Source of the DNA: a virus
IMG/VR virus record: IMGVR_UViG_3300049617_000275
Location: 1 to 64,000 of that record
Length of the DNA stretch: 64,000 nucleotides
Reading direction: 5' to 3' (one strand)
The notes beneath the pieces are model-generated. The model ran no database searches, was not told where the DNA came from, and was given only the letters and a program-made list of their open reading frames with translations. Positions 1-9,564 of this stretch are shown here, one piece after another (the stretch's first letter is position 1; the number at the start of each line of letters is the position of its first letter). A program made the translations under genes and the position numbers.

Positions 1-2
1 GC

Positions 3-233
3 CCTTGTTGCGGGAAAGAGTTCGCCGGAGGAGAGAAGTATTGTGATATTGATCTAAATCGCCTCGTTCTTCGAGACACAAAGAAGATCGAAGAGGAGTT
101 CGCTGCCGATTACAAACACCCTCTTCTTTCTCAACCGTGGTCTATACAGAATATATTGACACATCTGGGGGGAATCTCCCCCGGCGACGAGGGCTTTAAC
201 CTTCCTTTTGCGGATTACTTCGGTCCGGTGTAA
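3..233 (+). CDS. 3' end of a gene entering from upstream (partial)
   Basis: Frame 3 is open from the window edge to TAA 231-233. The translation is protein-like (...EEEFAADYKHPLLSQPWSIQNILTHLGG...). No start codon lies inside the window. Confidence 0.45.
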   Translation, partial: PCCGKEFAGGEKYCDIDLNRLVLRDTKKIEEEFAADYKHPLLSQPWSIQNILTHLGGISPGDEGFNLPFADYFGPV

Positions 234-351
234 AGATATTCCTGTTTTGCCCTGTATTCTCACGCGGGAATATGTGTTCTGTCAGGAAACAAACCCTCAG
301 ATACAATTTCCCTCGAACACCGCGACCTTTTCTAAGGGAGAAAATCTTTAA

Positions 352-951
352 ATGTCAAATCCTCTCGGCCAATGCGATATTGTGGGAAATTGGGTGACAG
401 CCCAGGACCTGCTTAATGCCTCAGCCAGTGCAAACGTGAATCCCTTGCTGGTCGCATCCGGAACTGGTCTTCCTGCAACCTATGTACCGGGAGCCGTTGT
501 GCTTACTGCGTCATGTACCTCCAACACTTTCCAAGTTCCGTATTCGGAAAATCTATTCTTACTTTGTTCCTTGGTATCCGGAACTGCTTCGGCTGCGATT
601 AATACTGGTTCAAACTTGACGGGTATTACAACCACCTCGATTGTGTATGTTACTCCTACAAACCCTGTTTGGACGTTGGTAGAAATTCCTTCTGCTGCGT
701 TGACTGCTACGACCAACCCCTCACCTGGACAACCTACAACTCCTTACTTCAACGTAAGCTTTGCAACCTCAGGATGTCAGATCAATCAACTTGCAGTCTT
801 GGACGTAGGATTCCTTGTTCCTAATGCCGACGACGCTGTAAACGTCCGAAGCGGAAAGAACGCCTACGCCTCCGGAGTTACCAACTCCTTCGATACACTC
901 AACCCTCCTACAAACCTTGTAGGTTCAGGTATGTTCTCGATAACTGCGTAG
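352..951 (+). CDS. hypothetical protein (199 aa), probably virion-associated
   Basis: ATG is preceded by an AAGGGAG Shine-Dalgarno. The protein is S/T/A/N-rich with no motif I recognise. A hairpin plus T-run follows. Confidence 0.65.
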   Translation: MSNPLGQCDIVGNWVTAQDLLNASASANVNPLLVASGTGLPATYVPGAVVLTASCTSNTFQVPYSENLFLLCSLVSGTASAAINTGSNLTGITTTSIVYVTPTNPVWTLVEIPSAALTATTNPSPGQPTTPYFNVSFATSGCQINQLAVLDVGFLVPNADDAVNVRSGKNAYASGVTNSFDTLNPPTNLVGSGMFSITA

Positions 952-989
952 CGTAACAGTTCCTTTTCTCCTCTGTTTCTCCTTCCCTC

Positions 990-1020
990 AAAAACCCTTT
1001 CTCCAAAGGGTTTTTGTTTT
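990..1020 (+). terminator. rho-independent terminator
   Basis: Hairpin AAAACCCTT-tctcc-AAGGGTTTT is followed by a T-run. Confidence 0.7.
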
Positions 1021-1061
1021 CTCTATGTAGAATAAGGGAGAAAACTCTGTAGGACTTCTCT

Positions 1062-2765
1062 GTGCCCAAGAAAAAGAAGAAAGGTAAATCCAAAACTCCG
1101 GCGGGGTTAAGTAAGGAACAGAAAAAGGTTTTCAAGGAAGATCCTGTTGCACTCAACGAAGCCGCGGTGGATCTGGGATTTGTAACTCGTGAAGAGGCGA
1201 TCCTAAATCTTCTTCCTGTGTCTCAGCGGAATTTCATAATTTCCGAGATCGAAAAGAAGTACGACACCGGCGTCTATACGGATGTTATGGATGCTTTTCG
1301 CAATCAAGCCCGTTTAGAATCTACGATAGACAGGGCTGTATCCTCCGCTCTTGCAAAGAAAGGAACGCCGGCGGGGGGTATATCCAAAGGTTTTCCCCTT
1401 ATCAATTCCTCTACCTCTATCCTGGGCTACGAACCCGCCGGGAGTGTCTTGAGGAAGCTCTATCCTAATCCTTTTGCGGTCTACAGTTTCATAGGTAACA
1501 ATCACTGGGCAACACTCCTGGCCCGCTCCCGGTTTCGTTGCGACGTTGCAAGAGATGGGTGGGTACTGGTAGCTCCGGAGGGAGTATCCAAGAAGCTTAT
1601 AAAAAAAGCCTATGTTGCACTTAACGATCTCTATGTAGATGATCTCCTCCTCAACGGCTCAGACATGTTGAATGTGTACGGGAATGTTTGGCTGGACAGA
1701 GATAGAAACCTTTTAGGAGGTCTCCGTGGAATTCAAATCTTGCTTCCGGAGAAGATCCTCCCTATTCTAGATACCTATGGAGATTACGTCTTAGGGTGGG
1801 AGTATATTATCGGAAACAAGCGTTTCTACTTCAACCTCGGAGAAATAGACCACCTCAAGACTTACAATCTGCGTAGTCTTCAGCTTGGAAATCCCCAACT
1901 AACATCTGTTGTTGTAGATGTGGAAGCGGATCTATATGCTTCTATATACGCTAACATGATGTTCCAAAAGGGTGGACTGGTAAGGGCAATTGTGTCCCTG
2001 GGCGACACTGCTTCTCAAACGGACTCCGGCGATGTTCATGCTTTGAATCCTGAAGTGCAACTGCACTTCTCCCAGCAGGTTTACGAAATGTTTGCTCGCC
2101 AATACTCAGGCGTCCGCGGAGCAAACCAACTTACCTTTCTCCCCAATGTAAAGGGCGTGTACCCCATTACAAATCCGAAGGATCTAGAAGGTCCTTACAA
2201 GGAAACCTCCGATCGTACTGCGATCAAGGTCTCTCAACTCCTCGGAGTGAGCCCAAGGAGAGTTGGGATTCACACAACTACCCAATACGAAAACAAACAG
2301 GCTGTAGAGGATTCAGAGCAGCTTGCAGATGATAATTGGCGTTACTACATTACAAACATTATGTTCAATTATATTAATTCCATTGTGATGAGAAATTATC
2401 TGGAAATAGACGGAGTTCAAATGAAGTACTCCGGCGAATATTCCTCAATTTGCCTATCCGCGGCGGAGTTCGGAGCAAACATTGCTCAAATGTCCTGCAA
2501 CTCTATTACCGTAGATGAATTTCGTACACGTATCCTGCATTGGGAAGCGTTAGGAGGTCCAGACGGAGCCGAGTTCATAGGAAATGTGGCTAACAAAGCT
2601 GCTCTGCTCAAGAACGCAGGCAATGCTGCTTCCAACAAGGATCTTGCAAAAGTAGAGGAATATCTCCAAAAGGCTGTAGGCCCCAAGCAACGTCTATATG
2701 TTAACGACTACGAGGGAAGGAAAGACCTTGTTGTCTACCATCCTCGCGACATACGATTTTGGTAG
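1062..2765 (+). CDS. portal protein candidate (567 aa)
   Basis: GTG start and a Lys-rich N-terminus. Size and position upstream of the prohead protease/scaffold and capsid genes fit a portal. The family is not verifiable by eye. Confidence 0.6.
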   Translation: MPKKKKKGKSKTPAGLSKEQKKVFKEDPVALNEAAVDLGFVTREEAILNLLPVSQRNFIISEIEKKYDTGVYTDVMDAFRNQARLESTIDRAVSSALAKKGTPAGGISKGFPLINSSTSILGYEPAGSVLRKLYPNPFAVYSFIGNNHWATLLARSRFRCDVARDGWVLVAPEGVSKKLIKKAYVALNDLYVDDLLLNGSDMLNVYGNVWLDRDRNLLGGLRGIQILLPEKILPILDTYGDYVLGWEYIIGNKRFYFNLGEIDHLKTYNLRSLQLGNPQLTSVVVDVEADLYASIYANMMFQKGGLVRAIVSLGDTASQTDSGDVHALNPEVQLHFSQQVYEMFARQYSGVRGANQLTFLPNVKGVYPITNPKDLEGPYKETSDRTAIKVSQLLGVSPRRVGIHTTTQYENKQAVEDSEQLADDNWRYYITNIMFNYINSIVMRNYLEIDGVQMKYSGEYSSICLSAAEFGANIAQMSCNSITVDEFRTRILHWEALGGPDGAEFIGNVANKAALLKNAGNAASNKDLAKVEEYLQKAVGPKQRLYVNDYEGRKDLVVYHPRDIRFW

Positions 2766-2889
2766 GGCGAAGCTAACTGTCGATTACGAGCATCTTATCC
2801 TACTTTACGTGCTTTAAAGCGCACAATTTTGCAGGTACTTCCTGCAAGGTTAAAATAAACCTGAATCTCGCCGGGAGCAGAAAGACAGA

Positions 2890-3078
2890 GTGAAAAGTTT
2901 TAACCGTAAGGTCCATAAAGGAAGCAAACAGGAACCGCAGATTCTCAAGAAGGTTGCGGAGGAAAAATCCTCTGTGCTCTCTTCCATAGAAACGATGATG
3001 AGAGATCTAGAGGAAGCCGGAGTGATAGCTCCCGGCCTTGTTTCCCCTACTGTAAACCTCGCGCCGGAGAAGAAGTAA
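2890..3078 (+). CDS. small hypothetical protein (62 aa)
   Basis: GTG start. The ORF is charged and helical-looking and sits immediately upstream of 3080. Confidence 0.45.
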   Translation: MKSFNRKVHKGSKQEPQILKKVAEEKSSVLSSIETMMRDLEEAGVIAPGLVSPTVNLAPEKK

Positions 3079-3079
3079 G

Positions 3080-3553
3080 TTGATAAACACATACGTCATT
3101 TCTCCCGCAGCCCCCGTGACACTTACTTCTTCTGCTACGGCTAACATAGATATTCGCCTAAACAGTCTAGACGATATAAAGTTCTTCTTGAACCAAACCT
3201 GGCCGTCAGGATGTGGATCTACAACAGGTATTGCAGTTAACCTCTATCCGGGTTGGGGAGCGGCAGATCCCGCGGAGATCAAACTTCCTATTCCTTATGT
3301 CCTTTCTAACCCTGCGTCTGCAAACGTCTCTACAGTTCCGCAATTTTCTACCAACTATGCTCCGGTTCTTAACCAATCCGGAGGGAGTGCAATTGCTAAC
3401 CCTCCGGCGAACTCTTCCGCAGGAACTTCTACTACAACCGCCTTCTATCTGAATGCTGTGAATATGATTTGGACAAGCTGGATGAGGATGCAGATAGTGA
3501 ACCTAGATTCCGCTCACCCTGTCAAGATCTACCTTAACGCGGACTTATATTAA
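3080..3553 (+). CDS. hypothetical structural protein (157 aa)
   Basis: TTG start lies directly after the previous stop, with GGAGAAGAAG upstream. The protein is S/T/N/A-rich and precedes the fibre gene. Confidence 0.6.
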   Translation: MINTYVISPAAPVTLTSSATANIDIRLNSLDDIKFFLNQTWPSGCGSTTGIAVNLYPGWGAADPAEIKLPIPYVLSNPASANVSTVPQFSTNYAPVLNQSGGSAIANPPANSSAGTSTTTAFYLNAVNMIWTSWMRMQIVNLDSAHPVKIYLNADLY

Positions 3554-3568
3554 CCGCCGGAGGTATAA

Positions 3569-6500
3569 ATGTACGGATTTTACAACGGATACCCCCTTTT
3601 TGGCGGCACTTCGGGTTCTTCTGGAGGCGGGGGAGCAGATGTTGATGGCTACTATGTCCTCACACAATCGGATGCTGGTCTTCCCAACTCTTCTGTACTA
3701 ACTCCGGGCGTCGGTATTGCAATAAATGTAAGCGGCGGACTTTGCACAGTTTTGAATACGGTTTCTGGTTCAGGAACCGGCAGTGTTACTTCGTTTTCCG
3801 CGGGTAATCTTCAGCAATTATTTACCACTTCTGTTGCAAATCCCAATTCCACTCCTGCTCTTACTTTCTCTCAAATATCCCAAAACGGGAATCTTATATA
3901 CGCCTCTCCCTCCGGAGGAGCGGGCAATCCTTCCTTTAGGGCTCTCTTGGGTCCAGATCTGACATCCGCTCTCGAAGCCGGAAACAATATAACTCTTACT
4001 TCTAACGGCTCAGCGCTGTTGATTGCAACGGTTAACTCCGGCACGGTGTTTTCAGTAGGGCTTTCTATGCCTTCTATCTTCACAGTAGGAGGAACAAACC
4101 CAATCACAGGCTCGGGGAGTTTTAATGTAACTCTTGCAAACGAAAATGCAAATCTATTCTTTGTCGGCCCCGCTTCCGGCTCCTCCGCAGGACCTACATT
4201 CAGAGGGATTGTAGGAAACGATATTGTAAATGCCTTGATTGCGGGATCTGGAATCACTCTTGTCAACCAGGGCTCTGCCATCCTTGTTTCTTCTACAGCT
4301 ACTTCTTCTTCCTCCGGGACAGTAGCTTCGGTCTCCTGTACTTCTCTTTCTCCGCTGTTCTCTACAACGGTTGCAAATGCTTCTTCCACTCCGGCGATAT
4401 CTTTTACTCTAACTCCGCAAGCTTGCGGAACATTTCTTCGAGGTCCTTCCGCCGGAGCAAATGCTGCCCCCACTTTCGGAGGAGTTACCGGCAATGACCT
4501 CTCCGGAGTCCTGATCTCAGGAACAAACTCTTCTGTGGTCAACAACGGTTCTACAATCCAGGTCAACGTTCCTAATGCCCTTGGGGGCACAGTGACCTCT
4601 GTAACCGTTCACGGCACTCCGGAGATGTCTTCAGCAGGAAATCCTATAACAGGATCAGGTACTGTTCAGTTAGGATGGAATAGTGAGTCTGCCAACCTTT
4701 TTATGGCTGCTCCTTCTGCCGGTTCAGGAATTCCAGGATTTCGTGCTCTTACAGGAAACGATCTTGTTGGGGTACTTGTTGCCGGTTCAGATATCCAACT
4801 TACAAACAACGGGTCTACTCTTACAATAACAGCTTCTGCCCCCTCCGGCGGGAGTTCGGGAACCGTTACTTCTGTTGCAATGTCTGTTCCTCCTGCTCTT
4901 CTTTCGCTCACAGGATCGCCCATTACAGGAGCGGGGACTCTAGCAGTCAGTCTTGTAAATGCTTCTTCTACAACACTGTGGGCAGGACCCTCGGCCGGAG
5001 CTGCGGGAAGTCCTGGATATAGAGGACTCACAGGAAATGACATTCCCTTGGTTTCGGGAACAAACACGACCGTGGTCAACAATGGAGCTACGCTCCAGAT
5101 CAATGTTCCTTCTCCTTCTTATCCTGTAACAAGTGTAAGCAACTCAGATGGAACCCTTACAATTTCTCCTTCTACAGGAGCTGTTGTAGCGTCTATTGCG
5201 AACTCCGCTGCCCTGCCTGGGTCGCCTACCACTACTACCCAAAGTAGCACAGATAATTCAACAAAGATTGCAACAACCTCTTACGTTACAACTGCTGTTG
5301 CAAATGCAATTGCAGGAGTAAATCCCGCTGTTGCCGTACAAGTTGCAACCGTTTCCTCTTCTGACACCTCAGGACTTACTTACAACAACGGAGTCTCCGG
5401 GGTCGGAGCCACTTTCACTGGATCGACAAATACTGCTCTGACCTTCGATGGGGTAACCTTAACGTCGTTAAACCAACGTGTTCTTGTAAAGAACGACACT
5501 CAAAGTGGGAATCCTGGAGCATACAATGGAATCTACACTTTAACCCAACTCCAAACTGTTGGATTACCTCCTATACTCACACGGGCTGTGGATTACGATC
5601 AGCCCTCAGATATAAACAACACCGGCGCAATACCTGTTGTTTCGGGAACGGTAAATGCTGATACGAGTTGGTTGCTAACTTCTACCGTAGCTACTGTAGG
5701 AACAAGTGTTCTTACTTACACGCAGTTCACCTTAAATCCATCAAGTATTGTAACTGGAGCAGGTAACTTAACTCCTTTATTCACTACTTCTACTTCTGGA
5801 AATACTATTTCATTTAGTCTAACTAACGCCTCTGCGCATACAGTTTATTGTAATACTTCTGGAAGTTCTGCTGCTCCTGGGTTTAATGCTTTAACATTAA
5901 CTGCTGGAAATGGATTAACTGGAGGAGGTAATATAACAACCTCACCTACAGTTTCTGTAAGTCTTGGTGGAAGCTCTACTTATACTTCCGGAGCGTTAGT
6001 ATATGCTTCTAGTACAACAGCTTTAAGTGGATTAGCCCCAACTAATGGTGGAGTTTTAAGCTGTGCTTCAAGTATTCCTGTTTATTCATCTGCTGGATCT
6101 TCCGGACAACTATTACAATCTAATGGAACAAGTGCTCCATCTTTTACAACTAATACATGGCCTTCTACAGATACTAAAGGTGATTTAATTTATGCTTCTG
6201 CAAATAATCAAATTGCTGGATTAGCTATTGGTGCTACTAACTCTTTCTTAATTAGTAATGGAACTCTTCCAGTATGGACTTCAGCACAGAATGCACTTAA
6301 TGAATTAGCATCGGCTGGCGGCACCCCTACAAATGGACAAACGCTAATCTACAGTTCAGCAACTGAAAATTGGACTCCTGGTTCTGGCAGCATAATTCCT
6401 TCTGGCGAGGTTGGAGGAAGAATATATCTTGTATCTGGATCTCCGCTTGTAGACGGAGCCTCCGGAGGCAATTCAACAATATACTACGGGCCTTATACAT

Positions 6501-7237
6501 CCAATGTGGTAACAATCGGAGGAACTACTCAAACCTTTTCTGAAGCTTCTCTAGCTCTCTCCACTTCTGCCTCGGCATATTGGGTATATGTAAAATCCGC
6601 CGGAACAAGTTCTATAAGTCTAGGAACAGCGGCTTGGACAAATAATACAACTCCCTCTACTACCTACTCTCTTAACGGACAGATATATGCTGACTCCGGG
6701 CACACAGAACTTATTGTAGGAGGTATATATTGCCCCTCCGCTTCATCTACCCAAGACTGGCCAGGAGCTAGATGTATAAGTAATATCTATAATCCTATTC
6801 ATAAAATCTTAAGTGCTGTAGAAACATCTTCAAATTGGTCTACAAGCAGTGCTTCATGGAGTACTATGAATGGCTCTACAACTATCGGCACTCAGAGAGT
6901 AATAGTCTTTTGTACTATACCCACACCGGTAAATATAGAAACTAAAGTAAATATGTTTATGAGTAATCAAGGAAATATTTTCTCCGGACTTTTAGGATTA
7001 GCTTTAGATAGCGTATCTGTTTCTACTGCAAAGAGTGTAGTATTTGGCTATAGTTATCCCGGAGGACCTCTAAACGCTTCTGTCAGCACTAACTTAGTGG
7101 GTTTTCACTATTTTCAAAATCTACAAGCAGCCACTGACTCCGGAACTGCTACTTTTTATGGAGGTACGGGACAAGTAAATAGTGCTGGTCCCTCGGACGG
7201 ATATAACTGCTATATGTTAGGGAATGTGTTTTGCTAA
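3569..7237 (+). CDS. tail fibre protein (1222 aa) built from tandem repeats
   Basis: ATG follows a CCGCCGGAGG Shine-Dalgarno. There are at least five repeats of about 90-100 aa (GTVTSV..NPITGSGT..ANLF.AGPSAG..P.FR.LTGNDL). A DNSTKIATTSYV motif typical of phage tail fibres follows. The C-terminal part is AT-richer. Confidence 0.85.
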   Translation: MYGFYNGYPLFGGTSGSSGGGGADVDGYYVLTQSDAGLPNSSVLTPGVGIAINVSGGLCTVLNTVSGSGTGSVTSFSAGNLQQLFTTSVANPNSTPALTFSQISQNGNLIYASPSGGAGNPSFRALLGPDLTSALEAGNNITLTSNGSALLIATVNSGTVFSVGLSMPSIFTVGGTNPITGSGSFNVTLANENANLFFVGPASGSSAGPTFRGIVGNDIVNALIAGSGITLVNQGSAILVSSTATSSSSGTVASVSCTSLSPLFSTTVANASSTPAISFTLTPQACGTFLRGPSAGANAAPTFGGVTGNDLSGVLISGTNSSVVNNGSTIQVNVPNALGGTVTSVTVHGTPEMSSAGNPITGSGTVQLGWNSESANLFMAAPSAGSGIPGFRALTGNDLVGVLVAGSDIQLTNNGSTLTITASAPSGGSSGTVTSVAMSVPPALLSLTGSPITGAGTLAVSLVNASSTTLWAGPSAGAAGSPGYRGLTGNDIPLVSGTNTTVVNNGATLQINVPSPSYPVTSVSNSDGTLTISPSTGAVVASIANSAALPGSPTTTTQSSTDNSTKIATTSYVTTAVANAIAGVNPAVAVQVATVSSSDTSGLTYNNGVSGVGATFTGSTNTALTFDGVTLTSLNQRVLVKNDTQSGNPGAYNGIYTLTQLQTVGLPPILTRAVDYDQPSDINNTGAIPVVSGTVNADTSWLLTSTVATVGTSVLTYTQFTLNPSSIVTGAGNLTPLFTTSTSGNTISFSLTNASAHTVYCNTSGSSAAPGFNALTLTAGNGLTGGGNITTSPTVSVSLGGSSTYTSGALVYASSTTALSGLAPTNGGVLSCASSIPVYSSAGSSGQLLQSNGTSAPSFTTNTWPSTDTKGDLIYASANNQIAGLAIGATNSFLISNGTLPVWTSAQNALNELASAGGTPTNGQTLIYSSATENWTPGSGSIIPSGEVGGRIYLVSGSPLVDGASGGNSTIYYGPYTSNVVTIGGTTQTFSEASLALSTSASAYWVYVKSAGTSSISLGTAAWTNNTTPSTTYSLNGQIYADSGHTELIVGGIYCPSASSTQDWPGARCISNIYNPIHKILSAVETSSNWSTSSASWSTMNGSTTIGTQRVIVFCTIPTPVNIETKVNMFMSNQGNIFSGLLGLALDSVSVSTAKSVVFGYSYPGGPLNASVSTNLVGFHYFQNLQAATDSGTATFYGGTGQVNSAGPSDGYNCYMLGNVFC

Positions 7238-7668
7238 TGTCCGCATACTCACAAATTTTATTTTTGAATACTTATACGGCTTCCGGATGTGTAGGATGCA
7301 ATGGAGATCCTAACTGTGTAGATCCAGGTCCTTACGGTCTCATATATGTAGAAGGAACAGATCTTTCTGTACAGGCACAGATACTTACTGCCGCCGAGAG
7401 TTTCGATTGGAATCAAACTCCTCCTCCAGTGCCTAACATTGCAGGACTTATAGCCGCTGTAAAGACAGAACCTACCTTCAATGCACAAATAAGAACTGGA
7501 CTCGGGGGTCTATGTGCGACTCTTCTCGCAACAGGAATTACCTATGCTCAGCAGGAATACAACGATGCCGTAGAGACATACGGTAGTACTTGGCTTACTC
7601 CGGCGGTTCAGGCCACTCTCCTTGCATACTTTGTACAGTTTAACATCCCCATTGTGGCTGCTTCGTAG
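7237..7668 (+). CDS. hypothetical protein; fibre assembly chaperone by position only
   Basis: ATG overlaps the fibre stop (TAATG). The product is 143 aa and the gene lies immediately downstream of the fibre gene. Confidence 0.55.
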   Translation: MSAYSQILFLNTYTASGCVGCNGDPNCVDPGPYGLIYVEGTDLSVQAQILTAAESFDWNQTPPPVPNIAGLIAAVKTEPTFNAQIRTGLGGLCATLLATGITYAQQEYNDAVETYGSTWLTPAVQATLLAYFVQFNIPIVAAS

Positions 7669-7867
7669 AAATACTTGACACCGGGCGGGTGTCTGTGTTA
7701 CTCTGTTTTTGGAAGCGAGAAACATAGGAACAGATTCTCCGGTATATCTCTGCACTCGAACACATATGTTATCTTTAGAGTATTGCACCGGCGGGAGTCC
7801 AACAGATGTTTTCCGAACACCTTACAGAAGAACTTGTAAAATTCTGTAGGCAGGAAGAGGAGATAAA

Positions 7868-8350
7868 TTGGAGATAGTACTTGTAATAGTAACCGTTGCC
7901 CTTGTAATTGCAGTAGGGTTCGCGGTCAAACAGGAAAGAGATCTTGTAAGACTCCGGGAGGAGTTACAGACTAAGAACAGTGCCATTCAGGAGTATCTTT
8001 CTGGACAGGAAGATAATGTAGATCTTTTGATGGAAAAAGGGAAAGATCTCCTTCGTCGAGGAGACGACGCTCTTTCTGCGCATAAGCTAGAAGTAGAGAA
8101 TATAAAACTCCCTGTTCCGAGAGAAGATGTAGAGATCGTGTTCGTTTCAGATCATCCGAGTAATCACCTTAGCGACAATTACCTTCAGGTAAGGCTTAAG
8201 ATCAAGAATAGAGAATTGGATAAGCCCGGAGACGGCTTTTACTGTGCAATTCCTAAGAAACCCGGCCTTGTCCTCACTCCCGGCGAGCCCATCTCGGAAG
8301 AGTTGGCCTTACATATCCTTTCCCACCCTATTCTAGATTACCTTCGTTAG
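7868..8350 (+). CDS. membrane-anchored protein (160 aa)
   Basis: TTG start with a GGAAGAGGAG Shine-Dalgarno. An N-terminal TM helix (IVLVIVTVALVIAVGFAV) is followed by a charged region. Confidence 0.6.
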   Translation: MEIVLVIVTVALVIAVGFAVKQERDLVRLREELQTKNSAIQEYLSGQEDNVDLLMEKGKDLLRRGDDALSAHKLEVENIKLPVPREDVEIVFVSDHPSNHLSDNYLQVRLKIKNRELDKPGDGFYCAIPKKPGLVLTPGEPISEELALHILSHPILDYLR

Positions 8351-8387
8351 ACAGGGAGATTCCGGATGACGAAAAAGAGGATGGAAA

Positions 8388-8585
8388 ATGACAAACTCCA
8401 GAACACAGTCTCGTCTCAGGAAAAATAAAAGAGATGCTAAGGACAGGGTACAGGAGTTCGTTAATTCCTATTCCGGAGAAGGGTTGGGAGCAAGTGACCC
8501 TCAAGTAATGATGGATGACGTTGAGGAATTGCTGGAAGCTTTAGCTGTTTTGGGGTTTTACCCTGAATTGGGGGACGAAGATTAA
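8388..8585 (+). CDS. small acidic protein (65 aa)
   Basis: ATG with a GAGGATGG Shine-Dalgarno. It ends with LLEALAVLGF, a motif shared with the next ORF. Confidence 0.55.
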   Translation: MTNSRTQSRLRKNKRDAKDRVQEFVNSYSGEGLGASDPQVMMDDVEELLEALAVLGFYPELGDED

Positions 8586-8741
8586 ATGTTGGAAGTATAC
8601 GCAGAAGCAAGGGATATCGTAGAAAACTGGATGTACCTCCTAGAAATAGGAGACACCGGCGGGGCTGCAGAGGGTGCATATAGTTTATTGAGCGCTTTAA
8701 AAGTCCTTGGATTTAAGGCGTGGGAGCCTATAGAAAGATGA
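8586..8741 (+). CDS. small protein (51 aa), paralog of 8388..8585
   Basis: Not in the supplied track because it is under 60 aa. ATG directly follows the previous TAA. It carries LLSALKVLGF, matching LLEALAVLGF upstream. Confidence 0.45.
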   Translation: MLEVYAEARDIVENWMYLLEIGDTGGAAEGAYSLLSALKVLGFKAWEPIER

Positions 8742-9520
8742 CAATGCAGATAGTTTTGGTCCACGGTATCCTCGAAACAGATTCCTCTGCCGAGGTCCTT
8801 ATAAAGGATTGGTGTTTTAACCCCCAAGGATATATAAAACCTACAACCCGTGTCTCCGCGGCGTTCTGGGGAGATTTATCTTCTGCTCAAGAAAAGAAAA
8901 CACTCCGAACTTCTTGGGGAGACAAGATAGAAGATGGGGTCTACAAAGCTGCCACAAACAATTCTCTCCTCAAGGACTGCTACAACTACTTTTACAACGA
9001 GGAACTCCGGGCGGAAATACAGCAGAGATTCTTTTCCTGTATTGCGGCAATGTCCCCCGGAGACGACGTATGCATTATTTCCCACTCCCAAGGTACGGTA
9101 ATTGCTTACGAATGTCTCCTCAAAATGGAATTGGGAACAGCTCCGGCGCTTCCCGTAGTTAACTTCACAAACCTTATTACTATCGGAAGCCCCCTAGGTT
9201 TAGAGCAGATGCGGGCGGAGTTAAGAACTGCAAACAGTATTCCCAAGCTGCACATTCCCAAGAATGTTTGGAAGTGGGAGAACTTCAACGACATCCGAGA
9301 TCTTGTTGCAGCAGTACATAAGATATCTTCTCTGTACCCTGTAAAACAGGACAAGCTCGGTCCGGAGACAAATCCTTCCTTTGTTTACCCTATACAGGAT
9401 ATCCAGGTCGTAAATCCATGGACTCCGGCGGACGGAGGATTTTTCTTTCACGACATCGATACTTACCTCCAAGTTCCTGTTATCCGGGATACTATCCGCG
9501 CAGCACAGGGATTGCATTAG
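8738..9520 (+). CDS. alpha/beta-hydrolase (lipase/esterase-like serine hydrolase)
   Basis: ATG overlaps the previous stop (ATGA). It has VLVHGI near the N-terminus and a GxSxG-type nucleophile elbow, IISHSQGT. Confidence 0.65.
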   Translation: MTMQIVLVHGILETDSSAEVLIKDWCFNPQGYIKPTTRVSAAFWGDLSSAQEKKTLRTSWGDKIEDGVYKAATNNSLLKDCYNYFYNEELRAEIQQRFFSCIAAMSPGDDVCIISHSQGTVIAYECLLKMELGTAPALPVVNFTNLITIGSPLGLEQMRAELRTANSIPKLHIPKNVWKWENFNDIRDLVAAVHKISSLYPVKQDKLGPETNPSFVYPIQDIQVVNPWTPADGGFFFHDIDTYLQVPVIRDTIRAAQGLH

Positions 9521-9564
9521 TGGGTATATACAAAAACCTATTATCGAACACAAGGAAATGACAT

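Noticed and set aside
3871-5103. Long antisense ORFs (3871..4590 and 4666..5103, minus strand) inside the tail-fibre gene
   Set aside because: They lie opposite the repeat region, have Pro/Glu/Val-rich mirror-image composition and no ribosome-binding site. They are explained by the lack of stop codons antisense to GGN/ACN/TCN-rich codons.
7675-7715. TTGACA at 7676 as a promoter
   Set aside because: The hexamer 17 nt downstream (TTACTC) is a poor -10. The sequence folds as GACACC-gggc-GGGTGTC followed by T-rich DNA, so it is more likely a terminator after 7237..7668.
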